DNA from: Callorhinchus milii
Lineage: Eukaryota
Direction: 5' to 3'
Length of the DNA: 64,000 nt
NCBI RefSeq assembly: GCF_018977255.1
Contig: NW_024704762.1
Span: 5,270,001-5,334,000 of the forward strand
This document shows, piece after piece, positions 25,435 through 36,884 of the stretch; positions within the stretch are counted from its first letter, which is position 1; every line of letters starts with the position of its first letter. Both the position numbers and the translations under genes were made by a program. Under the pieces are notes generated by a model. The model was not told the origin of the DNA. It was given only the letters and a program-made list of their open reading frames with translations, and ran no database searches.

Positions 25435-28400
25435 ATGGGGAACAAGCAAAACATCTTCACTGCGCATCAGCTGGATGCCTATCAGGTAGGACACCTGGTT
25501 CCAAACTCCAACAACAACTTGCACTTATATAGTGCCCTCCGTGCAGGGTAGCGTCTCAGAGCGCTTAAACTATGGTTAGTTATTGTAACGCTCATCTACG
25601 ACAACAACACCATTTATACAGCACCTTTCATGTCAGGAGGACGTCCCAAGGCGCTGGACAAACAGAGTTTGGGACCCGAGCGAGGGTCGGGGTGGGGAGG
25701 GGGAGGGCTGGGGGGGGGGGGCGAAAGCAGGGAGATAGAAAGCACGGTCGAAGAGGAGGGTCTTGAGGTGGGTCTTGAAGGTGGCGAGGGAGGGGGGGGG
25801 GGGCGAGACGGAGGGACTGCGGGATGGAGTTCCAGAAGGTGGATGCAGAGTGGCGGAAGGCCTGCCCATCGATAGTGGGGCGAGCAGGGCGGGGGACGTG
25901 AAGCAGGCCAAAGCCCGCTGAGCAGAGGGAGCGAACAAGATGGTAGAGGGTTAGGAGGTCGGAGAGGTATGGCGGAGGAAGACCATGGGGGGGCTTTGAA
26001 GGTGAGGACCAGGATCTTGAACTGTATCCTCTGTGTGATGGGAAGCCAGTGGAGTTGGGCAAGGATGGGGATGATAGGGTCACGGAGCCTGGTGTGGGAG
26101 AGGGTACAGGCTGCAGAGTTCTGGATGATCTGCAGCCTGTGGAGGGAGGAGTTGCGGAGGCCGACAAGCAGTGAGTTTGCGCAGTTGAGCCTCAAAGTAA
26201 TGAAAGAGTGTATGAGGGTTTCGGCGGCCTGGGGTGTGAGACAGTGTCGGAGCCGGGCAACATTGCAGAAGTGGGGGAAGGCAGAGCGGGTCATGGCGCG
26301 AATGTGGGGTCGAAACGATGGTCGAACAAGACCTCCAAGTTTCCGGACTGGCTTAGTAAGGTGGAGTGTTCAACTATGGATGGTGATACTGTCAGCGCCT
26401 GAGGTGAGGAGGCACTGATAGGAGCCAATCAGGAGAGCCTCGGTCTTGTTGACTTTTGACTGAAGCAAGTTAGCTCTCATCCAGGACTTGATGTCTGACA
26501 GACATTCTGTCAGGACCTGTGGTCCTAGAGTTAAGGGTGGAGGCAGAGAGGTAGAGTTGGGTGTCATCCGAATACATGTTGAAGTTGACCCCATCTCTGC
26601 GGATAATATCACCAAGGGGGAGCATATAGATATTGAAGAGGAGGGGACCAAGAACAGAGCCCTGAGGAACACCGCACGAGATGGTTCGGGGGCTGGAGGG
26701 GAAGCCATTTGAGGAGATGAAGTGGAGACGGTGTGAGAAGTACAATCTGAACCAATCAAGGACAGGGCTGTGGAGGTTGAGGTGAGAGGGGAGGCGGTGG
26801 ATGAGGATAGAGTGGTCGACGGTGTCGAAAACAGCAGAGAGGTCAAGGAGGACGAGGAGGCAGAGGGAGCCCTGGTCGCAGATGGACCGAATGTCATTTG
26901 TTATGTTGACCAGCGCGGTTTCTGTGCTGTGGGTGGCAGGGAAGCCCGAGTGGAGGGGTTCGAGAAGGGAGTGGCGGGAGAGGAAGGAGCGAAGCTGAGA
27001 AGCAACAATTCGTTCCAGGACCTTGGAGCGGAAGGAAAGATTGGAGATGGGGCGTCAGTTAGAGAGTAGAGAAGGGTCCAGGGAGGGTTTTTTTAAGGAT
27101 AGGAGTGATGACAGCTTTTTTAAAGTGGTGGGAGCAGTACCAGAGGACAGGGAGAGGTTAACGATTGTCAGTGAGTAGAGGGGCAAGGAGGTGGAGCTGG
27201 GAGGTAAGGAGGGGGCTAGAGATGGGATCCAGGGAGCAGGTGGTGGGGTTCATACGGGTTATGGTGGTGATGAGAAAGGAGGGCGAGACGGGTTCAAAGC
27301 TGAGATGGAGAGGGGGTAGTAGTTGCAGTGGCAGAGGCAGCTGAGCGGATTCCCTCGATTTTGGATTCGAGGAAGTCCAACATCGCCTCGCAGTTGGCAT
27401 TTGAGATGAGGATGGGTGAGGCGTGAGAGGGTGGGCGGAGGAGTCGGTTCGTGATGGAGAAGAGGAGCCTCCAAGACTGTCTTGGAGTAGAACAACGAGT
27501 TAGCGGAGGCGGAGCGGTAGGATCTGACATGGTTCAGCCAAATCTGCCGGTGGACAGTTAGGTTTGATTTGAGTCAGGTGGCTCAGCGGAATGCACCTGG
27601 GCTTTAAGGGAGCGGCGGTGGCTGGTGTACCAGGGTGATTTACGTGATCAGGAGACGGTTTGGTTCATCTAAATACAAATGAGATGGTGAATACAGTATT
27701 ATAATATCCATATAATAATAATAATCCTTGCATTTTGTATAGCGACTTATATGTGTGTGTCTATATATATATATATATATAGACACACACATATATATAT
27801 TATAAAGGTCAGTTTATCATGGGTAGATAATTCACAGCTGGGGGATACCTGAAGGGAAGGAACGAATAAAGGTTTAGTTTGCATGTTGATGGGATCCATC
27901 AAGTTCACTCCCACCTCCTCATGTACCCCTACATATTTCTCCTGCTGCTGGCGGTGTTATAAATAGCTAACTGGTAATGTTATAGACAGGATTATACGCT
28001 AGGGGCAGTGCTATAGACAGGAGTATGCACGAGTGGTAATGCTATATATGGTTATGCAAAGCTGGAAAAGGTTAATAAGTATATATTACACAACACAAGA
28101 TAAAATGTGCTCTATGGGATGTTACTCTGTGTAGGCAAGAATAATGAGAGAATGTGTGTAGGTCACAGAGGGAAAGAGGGGGAGATACTGAAAGAAAGTG
28201 AGCGCATGTGAAAGATACACAGTCCGTTTTCTGCAGTGCATTTTGAACGTAAATCCATTCTAAATAAACCAACAAATAAGCAGTACAGTAAAACTGTGCC
28301 AATTTTGAGACGTCTGGACAATGACGATGAGGGGCTGCATCAAATGCGAGGGCTTTATTATTTTAATACCAAAATTATTATTAAATAATCCATTTACATT

Positions 28401-31400
28401 TGTAACTTCACTTGTAACTTCGTCCCCTCCGCTCCACCATTGGAACATAGGAACAGGAGTCGGCCATTCAGCCCTTCGAACCTGTTTCACCATTCAGTTG
28501 GATCACGGCTGATCTGTACCTCAATTAATCTTGTCAATTAAAATTTTCCACTTCCTCCCCATATCCCTTGATACCCTGACCTACCAAAAATCCGTCAACC
28601 TCACTCTTGAATGTGTGGATGGATCCAGCATCCGCAGCCTTTCGTGGGAGAGAATTCTGGATTTCTACCACCCTTTGAGTGAAAAAATGCTTCCCGATTT
28701 CACTCTTAAATGGCCTGGTTCTAATTTTAAGACTATGCCCCCCCCCCTTGTTTTGGATTCCCCCACCTGAGGAAATAGCTTCTCTGCATCCAGGTGGCCT
28801 TATGTTCAGCCACTATGCCCCGAAGCTTTGGAACTCCCTCCTCCAGTCTTTCTGCCTTACCCCCTCCTTCCCCTCTTTCAGATCACAACCGAATGCCTTT
28901 CTCTTTGTGCTTACGGTCACCTCCTCTCTTCCCCCCGGCTCGGTATCAGGCTCCGCCACCGTCAAGCATTCCGAGATGCTGCCCTGTGTGTGAAGGACGC
29001 TTATATAATTACAAGATGTGGTCGGAATTTCAATTCGTAAAGGTTTTCGAAATCTATGGCAAATTTTTCCAGCAAATGCGACTGTTTTACTTTAACCTGG
29101 CTCATTTTGTTTTTCTCCCCCTCCCAAGGACTGTACCTTTTTCACACGAAAGGAAATTCTGAGGTGAGTCTAGAAACATTGAGCTCAATCTGCTGGCCAC
29201 GGCTACTTTCACATCACACGCTCTGTTCCTCTTCCTTTGGTCTTCCTTCGCCCTCCTCGCACAGCGAGTTGTTCGGATCTGGAATGCGTTGCCTGAAAGT
29301 GTGGTGGAAGCCAAATTGATAACAACTTTCAAGAGAGAAGTAGATAGGTATTTGGGGAGGACAAATTTGCAGGGCTATGGGGAGAAAGCGGGGGAGTGGG
29401 ATTAATTTGGACAGTTCTTTCAAAGACCCGGCACGGACACGATGGGCAGAATCGACTCCTTCTGTGCTGTATAATTCTATGATTCTATGATTCTCCTCTC
29501 CGCCTTCCCCCCTGGACTCCCTTCAGGAATTGGAGAGCTTGTTGGAGCTTGCTGGCGTTAAGTAGATGGACTCATTTGCAGGTGGCATCACACCATGCAA
29601 ACAGGTAACAAATGCAAGAAAAGTGGTTAGTATTTAAAGAGTTATAGACAAACTTAAGGATTTGGGTTGAAGAATGGAACTACCATTTTTTTTATAGGAC
29701 GCATTCAATGTCCCAATAATTCTCTTAAGCGCTTTGAGATGTTCTGCCAATGTGAAAGACGTTATCCAAGCACTCTGTGACACTGCCCTGCGTGAAGGGG
29801 ATTATATAAGGGAACTTTGTTGTTCTAAATACAATATAAATTGTATTGTATGCATGAAAATAAACTTAATCTCTCCCTTAATGTTTTTGGTATTAACCTT
29901 AAATTTACTTCCTCATTTTACTGACTCTCTCACCAATGGAAATAATAATAATACTTGCATTTGATATAGTGCCTCATCGCATCTTCGAGGTGTCTCAAAG
30001 CGCTTCACAGAATATACTGTAGAGTGTAGTCTCTGTGTATTTTGTAGGTGAAATTACTTATTCAATATCTCCTCCTGTTTCTCCAAAGGTTTTTTTCCCA
30101 AACAAACTCTTGTCTGTGGGACCCGGTTGTTTAAATAGCTGTGAAATAATTATTTTATTCTCCTTCCAGATTGTTCCACCGTTACCGAGATTTGGCTCCG
30201 CAACTCGTCCCTTTGGACTACAAATCCAACCCAGAGGTGAAATTGCCATACGAGCTGATTAGCAGCATGCCTGAGCTCAAGGTACATAACAAAATAAGGA
30301 TTAACTAGGCGAAAGAAGACCAAGGTGTATCCAGTTCGCTTTCCACCATCCTGGTGTCTTGTCCCAAACTATATACTGTATCCTGAGATATTATAATAAT
30401 AATCCTTGCGTTTGATATAGCGCCTTATCACGTCTTCAAGACGTCTCAAAGCGCTTCACAGAATATACCGTAAAGTGAATTGGCTGTATATTTTGCGGGC
30501 AAAGCGCGGCAGCCAATTGCGCTCAGCGGTGTCCCACAAGCAGTCGTGGATTGAGTGACCATATTATTTTCTAACAGCGATCCATCTAATTTGTTCTTGA
30601 AAGAATCTACCCTCTCTGCTTCCACCGTCTCCCGTACGTTTACTACTCGCTGACTGAAGTAGTGTTTCTGCAGATTAGTTCTGAATTTACCCCCACCTCC
30701 TTTCAATCGCAGGCCTTGTCCTCTGGTTCTACTGTTCAGTACAAGATAAAAGCAGCTTATCATAGTCTACATTATCTAGTCCCTTTAGAGAGCGTGAGAG
30801 TGGTACCCTGAACGCCTTTCCCTGTGTCCTGTGCCAAGTGCATTCTCACTGTCAGAGAATGAATAATGAATAATTCACCCACTACTAATTGACAGGAATC
30901 TCTGAGCATTTACCAGCAATTGGACACCATTAAACTACCAGTGGACCTGCTCAAACAGCCTAATCACTCACTCACTCACTCACTCTCTCTCGGCCTCTCC
31001 AGAGATGGAAAGTGAAAGGGCTGTCGTTAACAATTTATTCGCTAGTCACGGCATATATTTTACACAATGTAAAATGTCATTTGTGTTGTAGTTGTTGTTG
31101 TTGTGGTCGCGGTGGGCTGACCCGTAAAGCTATTCCGCGTAGGAAAGAAACATTCTGATTTCAGCCAGCGTCAACAACATCAACAACTTGCATTTATACT
31201 CCATTCCTTCATCTAATGAGATGTCCTGACCAGATTGGACAGATCTGGTTGTTTTTTCCGGCCCACACATTGGACAGATGTTGTGCAGATGATGAGCTAG
31301 CTGGGTGACAGCACCTCACCTCCCGCAACTTACCTCAACTAAAACAGCTTCAGGGTCATTAAGTTTACGGTAGGTGAAGGCAATCAGTGCGTGTGATGTT

Positions 31401-34300
31401 GTGGATTGTTTTTCTGTGTGTGTAGGCCGGAAAAAACCATGTCCTCAATCGCACGTGGAACGAACACCGTGCAGGTGGACGTTAAAGATCCCGTGGCACT
31501 ATTCGCAAAGAGAAGGGAGTTTCTCCCGGTGTCCTGGCCAACAATCCCCCAGATATAATTAGTCGCTTACCCCTTCCTGCTCTTTACGGGACATTGCTGT
31601 GCGCAAATCTCTAACCATATCCCAACATCAGAATGAGCTCAGGTAACATCTACCAGAGACGCCGCCTTCTCCTATGTACCAAGTGTGAGGTTTATATTAG
31701 ACAATATATTATATATAAACATACCATATATATTCTAGCAGTTTATTTCAGAAGCGCCTGAAGACCTTCCTCTTTGACCGCTCCTACGGACACCTCACCT
31801 CACCCCTCCCCCTGGCTCGGCGTCGTGATCCACCACTGTCAAGCGCTCTGGAACGCTACCCTGCTTTGAGGGGGGTGCTATATAAATGCAAGTTGTTGTT
31901 CTTATGATGTTGATTCACAGGAGCGTTGGCCTGTCGTTCAAGCACTGCTCCATGTATTTGCCTAGGGAAATAAGCTTGGGTGCTACGTCCCATGTCTGAA
32001 GTCTCGGCGTACAGTATAGAGAATGATGTAACTTCCAGACACCAATCATGATGTGTTTCGCCCACAGAATACACAAAGTTAATTCACTTTGCAGTATATT
32101 CCGTGAAGCACTTTGAGACGTCTCGAAGACGCGATAAGGCGCTACATCAAATGCAAGGATTATTATTATTATCAGTAACTGCTCTCTGCCTGCAGGATAA
32201 CCCCTTTCGCCAGAGGATTGCCGAGGTGTTCTCTGAGGATGGCGAAGGGAACATGACACTGGACAACTTTCTGGATATGTTCTCGGTGTTGAGTGAAATG
32301 GCCCCGCGAGATCTGAAGGCTTGCTACGCCTTTAAAATATACGGTAAATGGGGATGACATTATTTCTTAGCGACGGTTATGTGTATGATGGGTTCCTAGA
32401 ACTATGTTAGTTCAAAGTCCCGACGTGGGGGGGTTGAACCCCAAACCTTCTAACTCAGAGTTGCCACCAAACGAGCCAGGCTGAGACAAGCGGCAGGAGA
32501 CACGCACCTTATCCACGCCATTTGCTGGTGGCTTTGTTTGATTGTCTGTTATTGTACCAGAAGGTAACAATGAATATTTTCTGCCCCTTTTGAAGCTGCC
32601 AGCGTGTGTGATAGGGTCAGGGAAAGTTTCCATGAATCATGCATGGACAGTGTCGGAAATGAATGATTTGAATGGACGGCAGATGAGTATTAATTTGAGC
32701 GCAGGGTATTATCAAAACAGCCACACAGCTTCTGAAATTACAGCAGGTCCATTTCAATTCCAAGAACATTGAGCTGACATTATGAATGCGACTGAATTCC
32801 GTCCAGCCAAGAACGCTGGTCAACTGAGCCAGATTGATCCTCATTAAAATCAGGAGTGAAGTTTCATCTACAAGTCCAGGCAATGAGGTGGGACCTGCCT
32901 GAACCCTTGGCCCATCGCTCAAGGTTCTCTTTACTTCACCAAGTTGAGACGAGCAATGAAATAATTACAATAATAATCCTTGCATTTGTTATTAGCATCT
33001 TATTGGGTCTTTGAGACTTCTCAAAGTGATTCACAGAATATATCATGAAGTGAATTGACTGTATATTTTGTGGGTGAAACACGGCAGCTAATTGCGCACA
33101 GCAGCGTCCCCTAAACATGTGGTGGATTGAGTAACCAAAATTATTATTATTATTTTTCTTTGAAGGGATTATTACCCCGAGAGAAGCGATCCGCCAATCA
33201 ATTGACATCCGGGTTCCTACTTACTGCTAGGTAAACAGAGACGTGTGGAGTAACAAAACTTGCCTAAAGTTTCACCCTGCCGGAAATCGAACCCAGGTCT
33301 CTCGCTTGCGAGGCGAGTGCTCTAACCACTGAGCTACAGGACTCCAAAATGACTCTCGTCTCAAACTCTTAGATTTCAACAATGACGACTTCATCTGCAA
33401 GTCGGACCTGGAGAAGACCCTGAACAGGCTGACCCGCTACGAGCTGACCGAGGAAGAGGTGCGCCTGGTGGGTGAGAAGGTCCTGGATGAAGCTGACCTG
33501 GACAATGACGGCAAATTGTCACTGGAGGATTTCCAGCACATGATTGCACGAGCACCTGATTTCCTCAGGTAACCAACGCCCTTCACAATGTGTGTGTGCG
33601 TGTGTACGTGTGTGTGCGCGCTCTCTCAACCTTATTCTCTCTCGGCCCCGTCGGGTCCCCACTGGCTCTCAGAGCAAGGTGCTCATGTTCGATCAATCCC
33701 ACTGCCCTGCCATATGGAGTCCTGTAGCTTATTGGTTAGAATTTCGCCTCGCAAGCCAGAGGACCCAGGTTTGTTTCCCGGGCGGGGAGAAACTTTAGGC
33801 AGGTTTCCCTACTCCACGCTCCTCTGTTTGCCCAGCAGTAAGTAGGAACCTGGTTGTTATTCGATTCACAAATCGCTTTCTGGGGCCTTAGAAAAAATAA
33901 TAATTTGGTCGCTCAATCCATGCTGTGTGCCATTGGCTGCCGGGTTTTGCCCCAAAAATATATAATCAATTCAGAAGCGCTTTGAGGCGTCTCAATGATG
34001 TGATAAGGCTCTATATCTAGTGCAAGGATTATTACTGTTATGCCCATATGCCCTTCGAGCCTCCATGGGGCTGAACAACTTGGCTACACCCTCCGATTCC
34101 CGCGAGACTGAAACGATTGCATGTCACCAGTTGAGCTCACATCCTAGGCTGACAATCCGTTTTGCCAACACAATACACAGCCACTATACTTAACAGTATA
34201 CCCTGTGAAGCGCTGTGAGACGTCTCGTCACAGCCAGATCAATTAACAACTCAAACGTGTTTCTGTTTCTTCCCTCAGCACCTTCCACATCCGAATCTAA
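25435..34300 (+). CDS. CIB3: Calcium and integrin-binding family member 3 (EF-hand), 187 aa
   Basis: Exons 25435-25485 ([17 protein letters not shown]), 29129-29163, 30170-30281, 32196-32343, 33373-33568 and 34279-34300 (…STFHIRI*), 564 nt in total. Residues such as [24 protein letters not shown] and [10 protein letters not shown] match CIB3 rather than CIB2. Confidence 0.95.
25597..27660 (-). mobile_element. L2-clade LINE, 5'-truncated, frameshifted ORF2 (reverse transcriptase)
   Basis: Fragments [37 protein letters not shown] and LAQLHWLPI in shifting frames; 3' stem-loop tail with (GTT)n. Lies antisense in CIB3 intron 1. Confidence 0.95.
27748..27795. repeat. Perfect 48-bp palindrome centred on (TA)10
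   Basis: TATATGTGTGTGTC-(TA)10-GACACACACATATA. Confidence 0.95.
28440..28780 (-). mobile_element. CR1 LINE 3' fragment
   Basis: GGAACATAGGAACAGGAGTCGGCCATTCAGCCC… is the reverse of the CR1 tail seen at 24810-24980. Confidence 0.75.
29260..29492 (+). mobile_element. CR1 LINE 3' fragment with (TTCTATGA)n tail
   Basis: …TGGAATGCGTTGCCTGAAAGTGTGGTGGAAGC…TTCAAGAGAGAAGTAGAT…TTCTATGATTCTATGATTC. Confidence 0.75.
32964..33346 (-). mobile_element. tRNA-Ala-headed SINE, full length (long subfamily)
   Basis: Head with CTCGCAA loop plus an extra internal segment (CTCTGTTTACCTAGCAGTAAGTAGGAACCCGG). Confidence 0.9.
33716..34035 (+). mobile_element. tRNA-Ala-headed SINE (long subfamily)
   Basis: GGAGTCCTGTAGCT head, CCCAGCAGTAAGTAGGAACC segment and L2-like tail. 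Confidence 0.85.
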
Positions 34301-35183
34301 GCCAGTGAGCGGAGCAAAGCTACCACAGAGATCCAGAGACCCAGCCACATGACACCTGCCTCTCACCATCGGAACCCACCTCCCATCCAGAGCAGAATCG
34401 CCCACCACCCTCTTTAGGACAAGACACTTCCCCACTCCAGCGTCCAAGTCTTTCTAAAGCGTTAACTGTGCTTCTCTTGTAACGTTGATTCAGACTGGCG
34501 AGGGGCGGGGGATGGGATGTCAGCCTCGATTTCCGTCTTATTCATCATTAACGTTATTGTCGTTTTTAATGAAATTTGAAAAAGAAAAAGTTCAAACTCC
34601 GACAGCGATTTTTTTTACACACACACGCACTGCTCGCCCCGTCACCTCTCACGCTCACGGTTCAATCTCCGACGTAACGCAAGGATGCAACCCTCTGTGT
34701 GATAAGGAGTCCGAAATGTTATGAGGAATTCGTGAGGAATGATTCACATTCAGCCCAATGTCAGTGGTGTGAGTTTCACTGGACGCTCCCAACCCAGAAA
34801 CGTACAGTCATCCCCACACTACTGGTTACACACACCACTCCTCCCTATTGTTCACTAGAAGACAATCGCCTACAGAGGGCAAGGAACCAGGTCCAAACCT
34901 GGTGGGAGACTGGGGTTTGACGGACAGTGATCACAGTGGCACATTGATAGCAATCTCAGCACCAGATCTGACTAAGCCCCACAGACAACCCAGAGGCGGA
35001 ACAGATACTCTTGTAAGTAATTTGCAATTCAGACATGTGTGACAATACAAGGGACTGATTTTATTTTACAATTCAGTGTCTCTCGCAGCTGGTTTGCAGG
35101 TACACAGGTCACAAGAGTGGCAGCACAGAAGACAGAAGCCAACAGAAAGGCTAATGGAATCCTTATTATATTTTTTCTGTCAG

Positions 35184-35440
35184 CCAGATGTCTGACACGT
35201 GTAGAAATCCATCACTTTGCTTAAGAGTAATCCAAACCAGACCGAGAGTCACATGCATCCCAACCTACATATAGAAATTCCTGTGTCTGGAATGAAATGT
35301 GCACTCATTCTCTCTCTCTCTCTCCCCGGAGGGACTCAACCTGCTCACCTAATTCCGGAGAGTTTTAGGCAACAGTTTGGGGACGAGAGCCAAGGCTTGG
35401 GGACCCCAGAATGTGTGTTGGGGTAACTGCTGGAGATTAA
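35184..35440. repeat. Unclassified ~230-bp dispersed repeat copy
   Basis: Colinear with 19414-19636. Confidence 0.7.
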
Positions 35441-36884
35441 CTCCTTTCTTTTTCAAGCTGTGCCAGGGGATCTTTAATGCCCACCTGAATTGGCAGATGT
35501 CCGAGATCTCATCTGAAGGACGACACCTCTGATAATGCAAAGTACCCCCAGCGCTGCACTGCAGTGTCAGCCCGGACTAAATGAGTTGAAAGTCCCAGTC
35601 GTGCGGTTTGAACCCACAATCGCCTGACTCAGAGGTGAGAGCGCTACCAACTGAGCCAAGTTGACACATGGTTTCGCGGTCTGATATGGAGGTTTCTTTG
35701 GTACGATGTGTTTCCTGGAGCAGTAACCAAAGCAGACAAGAGACTTACAAAGCCAGCCTCTGTGCGAGTTGCCGGCCTATTTCACAATCCAGAAAATTAC
35801 AGAAAATCTTTCTTATCGCTGACGTTGAACATGCAAATAAAAAGAAATCAATGATGTATACAATAACAGCATCGACGGCTGCTTAACACTCTGGAGCTGC
35901 GGTGGTGAGGGGTGAAGAGTTAAGGGTGGTTAAGCTTTGGGGGCGAGGGCGCATTTGGTTTCACGAAATAGTCAATTCACTTTACAGAATATTCTGTGAT
36001 GCACTTTGAGACGTCCCGAAGATATGATAAGGCACTGCATCAAATGCAACGATTATCATTATTATTATCCTAACGATTCCTAACTAGGGTAGGAATGGGA
36101 AGGTGATCTCCTCCAGGACTGGGATTTAAACTCTTCTCGATCTCTCTCTGTCAGCTCTCTCATCCAACATCTATCCTGTGTATGAATGTTACTCCCTCCC
36201 ATCCCCTCCCCACCAACATTTGGGATAGCAGGGCACCCACTTATTGTCAAACTTAGCCTTCATTTTTTTCATGTACAAATATGAGGTTAAAGAGGGCCCA
36301 GCTCTGATGGTTATTTTCTAGGACAACTGAATATGTGCCAAAAAGCCTCTTAGAAGGGGCACACAGTGAGCAAAGAAATGTTATTATTGCACTTACGCTC
36401 GCTCGTTCACTTCCCTGACCTCGTTCGAGCTCTGTATCAAGATGTACTCTTTGACCACGCGTTCAGTCATCTTTTCCCCTCCGCACCCCCTTCTGCTCCC
36501 ACCCTCAACTTTGGGTGCCCAGCCAGCGGTGTGAAGCGCTTTGAGACGTCCTCCTGATACGAAAGGCGCTGAATAAATATAAAGTGTCATGTTACATTTG
36601 CGACAAATTACTGGCAAGTGGCAAGTGACCTCCTTATCTCAACCCCTCTTTGCACTTTACTCTAATAATTCATCCCAAAAGGATCCACCCAAACAAACCC
36701 TAAAAGCCTTGCTCGAGTTCTGAGTGTGAACTTTTGTATTTGTTTTGCTTAAAACGCTGAATGAAATAAGACTTCGACCCCCAGGACAGTGAGGCTGATT
36801 CATTACAAGTCTTGTGTTGACTGGTTCCAGTTGAACCGTTTCCGAAGCTATCATTTTAGTCGTCCCGTTCGGAAATTCCGTCTC

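Noticed and set aside
25614-27530. Functional reverse transcriptase gene
   Set aside because: Multiple frameshifts and 5' truncation; a dead L2 copy.
25435-34300. CIB2 assignment
   Set aside because: Diagnostic residues and adjacency to HSH2D favour CIB3.
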